The position numbers were made by a program, and so were the translations under genes. Of a stretch of DNA of 64,000 nt, positions 13,239 through 27,221 are shown one piece after another (position 1 is the first letter of the stretch; every line of letters begins with the position of its first letter). This DNA is from Octopus bimaculoides. Lineage: Eukaryota. Location of the stretch: the NCBI RefSeq assembly GCF_001194135.2, contig NC_068981.1, forward strand, positions 177,068,561-177,132,560, written 5' to 3'. The notes under the pieces were generated by a model. It had not been told where the DNA came from. It was given only the letters and a program-made list of their open reading frames with translations, and did not search any database.

Positions 13239-16200
13239 TTTTTCACAAACTATGACCATTATCCAAAAAATTAATACGGACTTTTTTCCAAACAAACAAG
13301 CTTTTTGATTTTTGTGTCAACAAAATACTGTGGAATGGCCCATTGTAGGTAAAGCTTCTGCAAATCTCTGTAGGTTGACTTTATTTCCTAGCACTGAGGA
13401 TACTCCAACCTTAAAGGTACATTCCAATTTTGATTTGAGAATTTTGAAACCAAGTTAAACATAAAACAAGGCCTCAATACTTATACTGCATACCAAGATG
13501 TTTTGTTTTTGACTTAGCAGCATATTAAATCCTATTGATCACTTCTGATCTACAAATATTTCTTTTACTTTTATGGTATCAAGGCAGGGTAAGTGTAGCA
13601 TCAATAACACTCTTCTGGTGTTGAAACTGGCTTAGGAAAAATGTAACCTTCATCCTCTGGATACATGGGTAATTTGTATAGTTTATTTTGTGGGGGCTAT
13701 AAATAGTACTCTTGACTCCAGAAAACACAGTATATATTCCTTAACTAGTTAACACTATTCACAGGTTGTTGCTTCTAATTCACTGACAAGCAGATTTCTT
13801 GCAAACAACATACATTTAGATATATCTTCCCTAACACAAATAATCACCCTATATCCAGTAAAAGGTTCATGGTAAAATGAATTAAAAATAAAGTAAATTA
13901 ACCAGTTGAATTTACATGCATTTAGTTAGCCATATTTTCCTTCTTTTTTGACTCTGCTATTACCGAAATATGTCATGTGATACTGCAGCCTAATTCAGTT
14001 TTCAAAGTAGAGAACACCTTTTTCCCACATGAGATTACCTGTCTATTGCGAGCTAAGCCAATGTTCAGCTGTTTGAGTGTTATTACAAATTATGTTAATG
14101 AGTTAAATTTCATCATGGTATTTATTCTTAAGTTAGGAAGAATAAGATCATCACTTTGGGCATGACACAATACAATACTAGTGATGGGCTATAAACTACT
14201 TGTCAGGAACATAAGTGAGGTATAATATACATAATGTAGTAAAAAAAAAAAATTTAATTATTTCATTAATTATGTGTTAATCATAATTCTTGTCAAAGGC
14301 AACTCTGAAATTCAAACTGATTAAAAATTGAATGGGGAAATACTGTGGGAGTAAGTTCAGTCTTTGGTAAGTTGACAGCCTGTCAACTCAACAAGCTGCT
14401 ACTTGCAGAAAATTTAAGAAATAACTAGACCCTTGCTGTTTTCTTTCTAGTTATCCTATGTTTAACATTCTCAATCAATATAGAGCCTTAAAATCATAAA
14501 TACATGGACATATAATTACATGTGTGTATTGTATGAAAACTCAAACACCAGTCCAAAGAGAATAGTAGATTAGTAAAAGAGAAATAGCTGAAATTAAACG
14601 AAAAATATATTCTGTGCATTGCCTCTTTGGAATTTATTTATCAGTGAAATGGTGATATTGTGAGAGAAATTGAAAGATATGAAGGTGAAATGATTGCTGT
14701 CAACTATAAATGTCACCATTTAGATGCATATATAATGCATGTCTACCTTGGATACTTTGTCTTAAGTGTTTTAAATATTGTATCCTTTACATATAATCTG
14801 TTCTTATAGGATCTTTTCAAAACCAAACTTTAAAAATAATGCTATTTACCCACACCTGCGACACGTCAGTCAGTTTTAGCTAAGTTAGTTTGTCTTTTGT
14901 AAGAAATTAACAGAAGTGTGTCCCAGCACAGCCATGAAATTGAGCAAATTTCTACAATCTCAAGTTGCACAAGAGCTTATAATTTTAGGTTTAGGCCAAG
15001 GATGCTTGTAAACAGGCATTATGGGTTGGGGTGGAGTTAAGTGGATTTAATGGATATGTAAATCTGAGATAAAGTAGCCTCTTATAAAATACCCAAGGAA
15101 ACTAAATTACTCCTTTTGATCTTAGCTTGCTTTAAATGGAGCTCATTGTGCAGTCCTTGAACTCACAATTTTCTTGGTTACATCATTTACAATCTTTGAT
15201 TCTCTACATTGGAGATAACTGAAGAATATTTGTATTTTTATGTATGTGTGTGGGTTTATTTTATCTTTCTGTCTGTAGAGTTCTGTCAAGTGTTTGCAAT
15301 TTGTCTGGGTGGTCCATGAAAAGGGGAGGAAGAATGTGTGTTTACAGTCAAAGTAGTCAAGAATTTGTTATTACTAGAAGTGGGGTGGGAAGAGACTGCT
15401 AATTTGAAGCAACTGTTGACATGACAGCAAAATTGAATATTGTCTGATCTTTTTCGCAATTTATATGCCAACATATAATCTAAGAACTTTGAAGAAAAAA
15501 TAAGTAATAGAGCTTCAATTTTTATATCTGCAAGTTATAAAAGCATACATATGAGACAAAATAATTGGGTGACACATTATCAGTTTTATTCTCTCACATC
15601 CTTATTATCGCTTATTCTTCTCCTCATTATTCTCTCATATTTTGTTCGCTCTCAGTTACATTCTGTTTTGTTGTTTAAAATTTAAACATGTTCTTGCAAT
15701 CCAATCTTAGGTTAACTAATAAATTTAATTTCATTTTTAAGTTCTATTTTTCTGCTTATTTACTGGAAAGAGTAACTTTAAAAATTCCAATTATTTTCAT
15801 TCTAACAAAATGTTTTTGATTTTTGAATATATATATTGTGCCAAAAATCCAAAATTGCATTCATCTTATAATTACTTTATTATAATTAAGCATCTAATAA
15901 CATTTATGATCTGAAAATAAATTGCATTGAAACACCTTATTTTGTTTTCTCTCTTTAGATTTTTACTAATTACGTCATTGGAATTTCAATTATTTTCAAA
16001 ATATATTCAAACAAAGATTCAAGGAAACTTTATTCTTAGTTTCCTTTATTGTTTTATCATTGCTTGAATATCCTTCAATCTAGGATGTGTCAAGAAAAGT
16101 TATAGAAATTGCACAAACTGAAATGTGTGTCTGTGTGTGTATTGTTTGTTTGTTTGTATGTATACATGCATGCCTTTGTTTTTAGGAATTGTAAGAGTTG

Positions 16201-16671
16201 TTTTATCCATTTGTGCAGAAAATTTTAGCCAGTGTGTGTAGAAGAGAGATCTGCCTATGTTAGTATAACAAATATGTAATAATGCAAATAGATGGAGGAA
16301 AGTATCATGGATAAATATAGAGTATATAATGTAGATGCCTTAAAAAAAAATATATATATATATATATANNNNNNNNNNNNNNNNNNNNNNNNNNNNNNNN
16401 NNNNNNNNNNNNNNNNNNNNNNNNNNNNNNNNNNNNNNNNNNNNNNNNNNNNNNNNATCAGGATCCTCAGCTAGAATGGTTGAACTATGTACTGTGCTAA
16501 AGGCACCTAAGGACAAGTGTGGTGTTAAACCAGATGTGAGTCTACCACACACCACTCATCGGCGTTCTCCAATAACTTGTGAGCCTTATTTAGTAATGCT
16601 TTTATGTTTGAATTCATTTTAAACTTTAATTCTAGTGACTAACAAAATAAACTAACAAAGTTTCTTTTAAT

Positions 16672-17012
16672 AAGGTTGTGGTATGGCTCAGTGGTCAGAG
16701 CATCAGGCTCACAATCATGAGGTACTGAGTTCGATTCCTGGACCGGGCTGTGTGTTGTGTTCTTGAGCAAGACACTTTATTTCACATTACTCCAGTTCAT
16801 TCAGCTGTAGAAATGAGTTGCCATGTCACTGGTGCCAATCTGTATTGACTTTTGCCTTTCCTTTGGATAATGCCAGTGGTGTGGAGAGGAGAGGCTGGTA
16901 TATATGGGCAACTGTTGGTCTTCTGTAAACAATCTTGCCCAGACTTGCACCTCAGAGGGTAACTTTCTTGGTACAACCCCATGGTCATTATTGACTGAAG
17001 GGGGTCTTTACT
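16672..17012 (+). mobile_element. tRNA-derived SINE, family C, near full length
   Basis: Pol III A box (tggctcagtgg) and B box (gttcgattcc), then gtgttcttgagcaagacacttt CORE/Meta-like core; body shared with 20060-20247. Confidence 0.85.
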
Positions 17013-18995
17013 CTTTATTCTTACTCTGGTGAAGTTCAAATTGAGGACAAGTGGATGTCCCCTAAACTAACCCTATGCAAGAGCAAGGTGATGGCATGTA
17101 GACACTCTACTCATTCACCCTGTTAACATACTAACCTTCCCACGTGTGACACAACTGTTTCCTTAGTCTACGCTTATTATCTAAGATTTGGCAAAGGAAT
17201 CATATAGACGGTTTTGTTGTCAATACTCTACACCATCCTTCATCCATCCTCAATGTCTCAAAAATTTAGTGACTGGAGTGCACTTCCACAGTCCAACAAT
17301 GATGTGATTTTTATTTTGTGTCACCCAAATTACTGAGGCCTTTAGGGTTTGTGTTTTTTTATGCCCAACAGCCATAAAGTTACTGTTGTCTATCAACTTT
17401 TGGCTTGTGCTACCTAAAGTGGGTTTTCACTACAGCTGAATTATCAAAGTACTTCAAGGAACGATCTTCGGATAATGTTAACAAGTGGTAACTTAGGCAA
17501 AGTTAAATTTTGCTTCCCACAGTGGTCCTGTATGACTGCCTAATGGTGTAACTGGATTTCTCTTTTTCTGACATAGCAGGGCACTAACGATTTGTGGCAA
17601 CAATCTACTGCTTGCTCAGATGCTTTGCAGCATACATCAAAGGCACATGTCTACTAATAGAAACCATCTGTGGAGTTTCAGTTGGGTTCATTGCTAAGCC
17701 CTAAATTTATAACTGTCCCTTTGAATTTGTAGTTAAGATTCTTTCTGTCACAAGAATGTAATGTAATTGATGGTGCAACTATCTCTCCCTCTCTCACTTT
17801 CTCTCTCTCTCTCTCACTCTCTCTCTCTCTCTCTCTCTCTCAGATGTTTTATCTGTAATTCACTCATGTAATATTAAATGATATCAGATTATATCTGTAG
17901 AGATTCTACCATACTCACACACATTTTATAAGCTGTGTTTTGTATGAAAATTAAAACAATTGTTTGAAGAGAAAGTAACAAGTTGCTATTCAAGACAGTG
18001 TCAATAATGCTTTACATTAAGTCATATCACCAACATGTGTTATATCTGTAAAGACTTTAGGTTCCATGTTGACTGAGGCAGCTTTCCTGTCCAAAGTGTA
18101 GTGTTTATAATCGGAATAAATCTGGTGAAATGCCCAATGTAAGATGAGCTTACATTGCTCATCTTCCCAACTGTGTGTTGTAAACAGGTTTGGTTCCTGT
18201 AGCAACAAAGCCCCTGCTGGCTTCTATGTAATTTTTATTGATCGTTTGTGAGTAAAATCAGGCCAGAGAAAGCTTAAGATGAATACTGAGATAAGACTGC
18301 AGATATATAATGGATGAAATGATTCAGGCTGAATTACATATATTGAAAAAAGATGTTTAGTGTTGACCTATTCTACCTATATCAAGATACAAAAATGATT
18401 TTAAAACAATGAGGAAGCTTTAGAGTCAAGTTAGCACATTTTACAGTTTTGGTGAATCAATATTTAAACTATTACATCCTTCTCACCTCAAATTACATGA
18501 ATCACTATCAAGATTAATGAATCACGTCACAGTTTTTCTTCATAAATCTCATGTACCACTCCTGCAATAGGTAGATCAAAAATTATTAATGCTTTCAGCT
18601 TTTATTTGTCTTTTTTATTATGTATATTAGTGAATTATTTTTTGTTATTTACATAGCAGAATATTCTTTAATGACTCATACAAATGAAGTAGACGGCTTC
18701 ATTTGTTGTGTACTTTAATAATTATGAGGATTTCACACTCCTTTGTGTGTGTGTGTTTTAACAGTGATTTTGTGCAGATTATACAAAGCCAAATGAAATT
18801 CTGTACAAAAATCAAATGTCAACCAAGGCGATCTGAGTTCAGTTCCCAGTAGGTTCTCACTTTTTATTGGATTCCATGTTGGCTTTGTATTTGTGTACAA
18901 AAACATTCTGCTCAAAAAACATATAGAAATACTTGCTTTTCAATCCTGCTTTACTCCTCACTAAAAAAAAAAATGTAGAGGAAAATATAAATTCA

Positions 18996-19082
<87 letters not shown>

Positions 19083-20042
19083 TTCTATCATACCAAAGAA
19101 AAAGATTAAGGTTGGTTAAAATATGTTTGTAATATATTCTAACTTCTAAAGGCAAATTCACTGCACTTACCATGGAGAAAAAATGCTCTCTTATGGTAAA
19201 AGGTATGAAAATACCATTTCTGCCCAGTGCGTCCCTCTAGCAGACTCCGGGCCAGATGTTTCTGGCTAATTAACTTATATTTGTAAATAATTAACCATGG
19301 CTTTTAACATTGGCATGAGCATAGTGAGATTAAATTCATTCCACTCACTACCTGGCTGGTATATATTAAAACAACTCCAGAAGGATGAAAGGCAAGGTCT
19401 GCTATAATAGCATTTGAACTTAGAATGGAAGAGACCTAAATTAGTTCTATAAAGTATCTTGTCTGGCACACTTCCATCTCAGGCTTTAACTTTTTCATAC
19501 AATATAAATAAATAAGATCTTATCTACTTGTTTTAGTTGTAATATAATATACTCCACTTCAAATAAATCTATTTTCTTGAAGGTATAGGTTATGGCAGTA
19601 TATAAACTACAGCCATTTTAATTTGTTCACAAATATAGAATATTAATCAAAATCTAGGTAAATGCATCAGATCACATACTGATCCTATCAAGTTTATCTT
19701 TTGGCTACTAGCTTTACCTGAACCTGATTGCATATTCCCAACACACACCTTTCAAATTTATTTATATTTAACTTAGTAAATAAATGCTAAAGGATGAAGT
19801 TGATAAAAAGGAAAGACAATTTTATGTCTGTGTCATGTATATTATTATTGTAAATTGGAGGAGGTGAATAACCATGTCTGATGAATCATTTCAACTTTTG
19901 AAAATATTAAGCTAACCACTTCCCATTGTAAATTTAGGAAGTATACAGGAGTGACATAAGTACCATAATGTAAGATGTACAGCTTCCAGTGAACTGAGTA
20001 TGTAACTTGAGTGTGATTAGTATCATAAGTACAGGCATAACA

Positions 20043-20246
20043 GTAAGAAGCTTGCTTCTTCAGGTTGCAACGTCACAGGTGCCAAGCTGTATCGGCTTTT
20101 GCCTTTCCCTTGGTGTTGTGGAGAAGGGAGGCCGGTATGCATGGGCGACTGCTGGTCTTCCACAAACAACCTTGCCCGGACTTGTGCCTCTGAGGGTAAC
20201 TTTCTAGGTGCAATCCCATGGTCAGTCATGTCTGAAGGGGGTCTCA

Positions 20247-20290
<44 letters not shown>

Positions 20291-20527
20291 ATGTGTATGT
20301 GTGATTGTAAGTGTCTTTGCACCTGTTTTTGTCTCCCACTACTGCTTGACAATTGTTGTTGGTGTGTTTACATTCCTGTAACTTAACAGTTCATCAAAAG
20401 AGACTGATGAAATAAGTATCAGGCTTCAACAAACAAGTCCTGGGTCAATTTTTTCGACTAAAAATTCTTCAAGGTGGTGCCCCAGCATAGCCACAGTCTA
20501 AAGACTGAAACAAGTAAATGATAAAAG
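20043..20527 (+). mobile_element. Composite SINE: family A head stub + family C body + family A microsatellite and tail
   Basis: gtaagaagcttgcttc (A head), then C body, (TA)n(TG)n, and A tail ending gactgaaacaagtaaa. Confidence 0.7.
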
Positions 20528-21599
20528 ATGCAAAAAGATAAATGCTTGAACAGCAAACACAGTATGCACCAGACCAATCTTTTGATGGTCACTGCAAAAA
20601 AAAATAATGCTAAAATATTAGACACATGGTAATGGTGTGCTCATGTAGCTAACTTCACTGGTGCCGTACCAATGGCTATGTCAAATATGGGGGTTTCTCT
20701 ACTTCACTGTGTAAATCCAAAATGTGTATACTACTACTACCACTAATTAATTGTAGTTGAGTTTTGCTCCCTGTATGTCTAGAAAAGGTCATAGCATTCT
20801 CAGGAAACCAATTCAGACAAAAATGTTTGTTACAAAATATGATTTGGTGGTTCTGGTGAACCTTGGAAACTACTCTGACCTTTCAGTGCCTGTTTGACTA
20901 TTTGCGTTTTTTTTTTTTTTTGCATGTGTGTATAATATATNNNNNNNNNNNNNNNNNNNNNNNNNNNNNNNNNNNNNNNNNNNNNNNNNNNNNNNNNNNT
21001 ATATACACATTCTCTCTTGTACACATGCACTCACAGACATACACACACAGACACATATGTCTACATGTGTGTGTGTGTGTTAGGTTACAGACTCTTGTTT
21101 TTATTGAATTGTATTGTGCATTTCTCTTCTAAAACAAAACCAAAAAAAGAGAACTGACTCGATATAGCATTACATAATATTTAAATAATATCTCAAATTA
21201 TTTAATCAAACAATATCAAAGTAAGCATTAGGTGGTAGTGTTTTTTAACCATTGTTTTGACTTTCAGCACCATTTAAATGTTCAGCAGCATCCATCAACT
21301 GCTCTGAGTAACCTTCAACTTGAATATATTAAATGTATTGAAATAATTATTTGATCATTTTATTATTATCATTATTATTATTTGTTGTTGTTATTATTAT
21401 TATTTTCCATTTACTTTAAACAGATAGAACGATATATTTTTGTTTAAAATCTATTGCTAAAGTGTTATCCACTTTTATTCAACACAATAATGAGATGAAC
21501 ATACACACACTCACCACATTCGTCATACCCTCTCTGTAGTACTTATGGGTTTTCCTTATTACTTCCTCTGTGGTGACAGTACCTGAGCTGTATGTATCT

Positions 21600-21955
21600 G
21601 TTGGTGAAAATTCATCTGCATTCCTTAAGTTGATAAATTCATTTGTGACATCTAATGCCTGTTACTGATGACAACTCTTACTTTCAAATAAGGTTGCACT
21701 TAGAATAATAGACTTCCTCTTGGGTTCCTCTCTAAGTTTCCTGTGTCCTCTTATTTTGCTTCCTGTTCTTAATAAACACTCAATAAGAAAAAGGTTGATT
21801 TATAATGATAATAAGTATGTAATTTAAATTCCAGAGTATATCCTAAAATCTGATAGGTTGAAACTTTTATATTCTCTCCAGCACCCACAATTTCTGCATA
21901 GACATTTTTATTGCCAGTCATAACAGAGTAGACAGGGTACTTTAGGGGAGTCATC
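21600..21955 (-). mobile_element. Highly decayed CR1-like LINE 3' end
   Basis: Reverse frames give GENI...YQILG and RGHRKL...RVV, resembling CR1 RGDLI..YKI and TRGH.KL...RVV. Confidence 0.4.
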
Positions 21956-23094
21956 TTACTGTAGTGATAAATTGATAAGTTTAGGGAATCAGTTATTGCT
22001 CACTGAAACCAAAAGTTATTTATGATCTTTTTACTTCACCTAATTCATTAGTATCTTACAAAGTAATTGCCTCATGTCTACTAATGAAATTAAACTTAAT
22101 TACTTATTACCACTTATCACTGCTAGAAACATGTTTATTTGTACATGCAAACTGTGTGAGTATGTTTGATAGAAAGGGTGAGATGAAATAAGGTTTTCAA
22201 AATCTGACAGAAAAATGTTTGAAGAAAGAGAACTAAATAGCTCTTATCTCTGAAAAGTATTTGTTGTATATACCCTGTTAGTAAGAAAACTTGGGACATT
22301 TATTTCAACCCTATTTGAATAGAAACTAGTTCTGACAGTTTGAACTGCTAGATCAAACCTAATCATTATTCGACTCTTTGGAAATTGTCATTTTCTATTC
22401 CATACACACTTTTTGATTGATTAATTAATTAAATTGTTGTTAGTCAAGATATTGATGCCTCTCTCTCTCTTTCACTCTCTTTCTCTCTCTCTCTCTTTTT
22501 CACTCTCTTTCTTTCTCTCTCTCTCTCTCTCTTTCACTCTCTCTCTCTCTCTCTCTCACTGAAAGATGTGTGGTCAATAGAAGTAGGACAACAGTTAAAA
22601 GATGCCTGGTGTGGTGTCACTGTACTGTAAAAATAAACTGCTGGATCAAAACAACTGGTTCAATTTAGGAGGAGGGCACTGGTTTGTTTCTCCTTTATCA
22701 TTTGTGAGTTTCTCCACAAACATCTTTATTGCTTCTCTTTTAGGGGAAAGGAAGGATTGAATAGCCAATAAAACAGCCAAGGGAAATCTCTTGCTGAGAA
22801 CAGCAAAAATGTGGAATGGTGAAAAATTCCTGTGTGTATTGACTCAGTAAGGATGGCAGTTTGATTGGAGGCTTGTTGTGTGGAATGCATGGCTAATAGA
22901 CAGAACACTGCGATAGTTTTCTTTAAAGCAGCGACAATGAATATGGAACATTGTCAGACAGTTGATAGTTGATGACTATTCTGATTGAGCTTGCAAGTGG
23001 AGGATAGCACTTCACTTGGCTCTGTTCATGTAGTTTCATGGAAAAGGAATAAATGTTTTCTCAGATAAACAAATAAGAGTGTTTTTCATATTTT

Positions 23095-23125
<31 letters not shown>

Positions 23126-23303
23126 ACATTTATTTGGGTATTTGTAGTAGCATAAAATTGTTGGGATTGAAATACTTCCAAACTGAATATGTGATTTATA
23201 GATTACAGAAGTTGTAATTAGTAAAGTAGAAACTTCTCTCACCAAAAGATTACACCAGCATAATTTCTAAATTGCAGTAATAATTAAATAACTGAATTAC
23301 TAT

Positions 23304-23304
23304 G

Positions 23305-23352
<48 letters not shown>

Positions 23353-23386
23353 TATTATCATTATTATTATTATTATTATTATTATT
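23304..23386. repeat. (ATT)n microsatellite
   Basis: Directly visible. Confidence 0.95.
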
Positions 23387-23767
23387 TTGTAAATAGATAG
23401 TTTTGTTGAAATAAATGTGTCAAAGATTAGGATCTAAATGGTTTATGTCAATGGAAAATATTTAATTTATTAGAAGGAAACAAGCAAGTTTTGAGGTGTT
23501 TCTAAATCATTTCATATGTTGATGTATATTAAAAAGAAACTAATTAAAGGTATTTAAATGTATAGTTAACAATTTGATTTGAAGAAGAGTTTTTTATTTT
23601 CTTTACTTCTTACAAAAATAAAATGAACTGATTTGATTAGAAATTTTTCCAACTTGTATCTACCAATTCTATCCAATTTTAACCCTTCTAAGGACAGCCA
23701 CATTAGGCAGTTTCTTCTTTTTTTTAATCCCCTACACCAGAAATTGGGGAAAGGGTGGACAAAGGAT

Positions 23768-23977
23768 ATTAGTTTCAAATTTTGGCACAAGGCCAGCAAA
23801 TTTGTGGGAGGGGTATGGAAATTACATCGATGTCCCTCACTCCCACCCCAGTGCTCAACTGGTATTTATTTTATCAACCCTGAAAGGATGAAAGGCGAAG
23901 TTTATCTCAGCAGAATTTGAACTCAGAATGTAAAGATGGATAAAATGCTGTCGTGCTAATGATTCTGCCAGCTCACC
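23768..23977 (-). mobile_element. SINE family B
   Basis: Reverse complement of the 48013 family (ctgccagctcacc head; gaaaggatgaaaggc core). Confidence 0.8.
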
Positions 23978-24152
23978 ACTTTAACAGCAAAAAATATTAC
24001 ATTAACATAGTTTAAAGAAAGTTCTTTTGTGTTGACAGTGTTTAAAGTTAATAATGCTTTAAGAACCTGATCTGGATACTAAACAAAATAGATTGTTGCA
24101 AGATGAAAAACTACTCCTTAGTCTATAGACTAATTTCATAAAAATCATGATT

Positions 24153-24320
24153 AGGCGTGGCTGTGTGGTAAGAAGCTTGCTCACCAACCACATGGTTCCA
24201 GGTTCAGTCCCACCGTGTGGCACCTTGGGCAATTGTTTTCTACTATAGACTCAGGCTGACCAAAGCCTTGTGAGTGGATTTGGTAGATTGAAACCATGTG
24301 GAAGCCCATTGTGTATATAA
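24153..24320 (+). mobile_element. SINE family A 5' half
   Basis: aggcgtggctgtgtggtaagaagcttgc ... ggttcagtccc ... caccttgggcaa. Confidence 0.85.
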
Positions 24321-24730
24321 CATCATTATCCTCATCAATTAATGTTCACTTTCCATGCTGGCACAGGTCGATGATTTTGCAGGATCCAGCAAGCCACAGG
24401 ACTGCGTCACTCTCCAGTGTTTGCTTTGGTATGGTTTCTATGATTAGATACACTTCCTAATGCCAACCACTTTACAATCTCTACTGGCTGCTTTTTTAAT
24501 AACACCAGCACTAGTGAGGTTGTCAAGTAAGTTAAAAACAGGAAAGAAGAAACCACTTGATGAATGGGGATGTATTCGAGTGAGTGTGAAGTGTCTTTAT
24601 GCCAGGTATTTTGAGGCTAAAGTATGTTAGAGGGGAAAATATTGGTGTCTTGCTATAGAGATGGCTATCCCACATTATATAAGGGAAGAAAATAAAGATG
24701 GTGACGAGATACCAGAGCAAACTCTGAGAA
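24321..24730 (-). mobile_element. Older RTE-tailed element with long purine-rich extension
   Basis: RTE-type tail followed by sequence shared with 58693-59450 and 59492-60330. Confidence 0.6.
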
Positions 24731-25587
24731 ATTAAGTATCTGACTAAAAATAAATAAATAAGAAAACACTGGGGTCAATTTGTTCAACTAAAACCTTTCA
24801 AAGCAGTACCTCAGCACATTTTCAGTCCACTAACTGAAACAAGTAAAATATAAAAGATTGTATTGGATAAAAATAACAATTTATTACCAACGCAAGTTTA
24901 TTTTTCTATTGCTGTACAATGTCCCATGATTGGAATGGTAACTTGCACATGTATGCTTCTGTAAACACATTCACAGACATATGCAAGCTTTCTAATCTAC
25001 TTAAGGTAATCACCTACTTTCTCCCCTAAGGCTAATTATTCCTACCAGTACAATAAGCAGATAGTTTTATAAACTCACTAGAGCTGCATTAAGATGCCAA
25101 TGTTAGATTTTTCTATGATTGTAGGAGACATTTTTGTTGCTTATGAATTGGTTATAATTTCATTTAGCTCAAGTTAAACTTGCATCATTCAACTACAGTC
25201 GACGCATTTCCGTTCCCATTACAACTATACTTTTTTACAACAGTTGTTACTTAACACTGATATGCAAGTATTGTAAGTTCATAGGATCTTATTTAAACCC
25301 TACTTCAAATATTCTAGGGTTACAGGATATCCAGCTTAATCTGTTGTCACCATAACAATTTCTGTGATAATGTATCATTGCATTGTCAAACATTGCTGAT
25401 GTATATTTATAATAAATCATCTGTACAACTGCACTATACCCAAACTAAACATTGTTGGTACAAGAGGTCAAGCAGTTTTTGTATATTTGGTGACTATGCT
25501 TTTTCACTTGATTGAGTACAGTAAAATGAGTAGCAATCAGATATTAGAATACATTCACTTAACTGAATTCCTTCGTGGTGTTTTTCT

Positions 25588-26020
25588 TCATTATCACCAT
25601 CGTCGTTTAATGTCTACTTTCCATGCTGGCATGGATTGAACAGTTTGACTGGCAAGCCGGGAGGCTGCACCAGGTGCCACTCTGATTTGGCAAAGTTTCT
25701 ACAGCTTGACGCTCTTCCTAATTAATGCCAACCAGTCTGCGAGTGTATTTAGTACTTTTTAAGCAGCACTGGCATCAACCACACTCAAATAGTACTTTTT
25801 ACGTGCCACCAGCATAGGTGACAGTCAGGCAACACTGGCATTGGCCACGCTTGAATGGCATTTTTTACATGCCATCAGCACAGGAGCCAGTCAAGCAACA
25901 CTGGCATCAGCCATGCTAAGCACCATTCGAGCATGGCTGATGCCAGTGCCGCCTGATTGGCTCACATGCTGGTGGCACATAAAAAGCACCATTCGAGCAT
26001 GGTTGATGCCAATGCTGCCT
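25588..26020 (-). mobile_element. RTE 3'-UTR copy with internal ~65-nt repeats and an inverted segment
   Basis: Tail homologous to 12371; repeat unit switches orientation at 25918. Confidence 0.8.
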
Positions 26021-26640
26021 GCTAGAAAGAAAATTCTATTACACTATTGGCAAAATAATGATTTTGTATGGCTTTGTGGTCAGTGCTAGACTTTCATAGT
26101 AAGCCACCTCTGTACAGAGAAAAGAGTTCCCAGATTTCTGTACTTTTATCAACTGAATTCTTTCTTAAAACATCTTTAAAAATTTGACTTACTAGTCTAT
26201 ATATAGTATTTCAACTGTAATCTAATTGATTCTGATTGCTTAAATATTGTCTAATGGAAATTTTCAACTTTCCTTTCTTCAAGCTTTACATTAATTTATA
26301 ATTCTCTTTCTCTCTATAAGCTTATCTTTTGGTAATGCATCACTCTCATGCAATTTCCTTGTACAGTGTGATTATTTTCTAGTCCTTTGGCAATGAGGAT
26401 TTTTGGTGATGTGTATAATCAAAGCTAGAATGTAAAATATATTTTGGTTATGGGAGTTATGAATTTCTCCGTTTTACAGTACCTTGCCATTTTTATGTAA
26501 TTTTTAACTGATACCAAGAGTTTAAACAACTATAAATGCTATATAATTCCTGATCGCTGTTATTCATGTTATGATAGTGTAGATGCTATAATTACAAAGA
26601 CAAATACAAAGTGAAATTAATATTAAAAGTCCAGTCATCC

Positions 26641-26831
26641 CAGCAAGCTGGCAGAACAGTTAGTATGCCAGGCAAAATGTTTAGCAGTATTTCATCTGTC
26701 TTTACGTTCTAAGTTCAAATCCATCGAGGTCGATTTTGCCTTTCATCTTTTCTGGGTTTATGAAATAAGTACCAGTTGAGTACAGGGGATGATGTAATTG
26801 ACTTACTCCTTCCCTGAAGTTGCTGGCCTTG
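26641..26831 (+). mobile_element. SINE family B
   Basis: aagctggcagaac ... gttcaaat ... gaggtcgattttgcctttcatc ... aagtaccagtt. Confidence 0.8.
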
Positions 26832-27052
26832 CTAAAGAAAGAAGTTCTTAATAAAATATGTGTTACGGTAGTCAAACAAATCTCTACTGCATGATTAGCG
26901 AACAGGCATGTGATAGTTCAGAGATTAGATGTGGGTTATTTTATTGAAACCAAACAGAGATTGTGAATTGTGAAATTAAATGCTATAATGATAATAACAA
27001 CTGTTGTGTTCAGCCTTACTTAATGTGACTTATGCGACTTTTTCTATTACAG

Positions 27053-27142
27053 GGCCAAGAATATGCGGAAGCATATGTACTGGAGTACCAACGAGAAGAC
27101 AATGGACAATGGTTGCGTTTCCGAGATAGAGCTGGCGAAGAA
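27053..27142 (+). CDS. DDR: DDR exon, 90 nt (GQEYAEAYVLEYQREDNGQWLRFRDRAGEE); too short for the ORF track
   Basis: tttttctattacag acceptor; gtaaga donor at 27143; phase 0/0; continues the invertebrate DDR motif GRFGNG-K-GQEYAE. Confidence 0.93.
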
Positions 27143-27221
27143 GTAAGATTCTAACTCTTCTTTTCATTTAAATCAAAAAGAAAAACGAAAATCATTATTA
27201 GGAATATTTTGAGTTGTTGTT

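Noticed and set aside
18733-20386. ORFs with CVCV, YIYI and THTH runs here and elsewhere
   Set aside because: Translations of microsatellites.
22744-22847. Possible cryptic or poison exon (ttctcttttag acceptor, gtaagg donor)
   Set aside because: Stops in all three frames and such signals are common in a 22-kb intron; needs junction reads.
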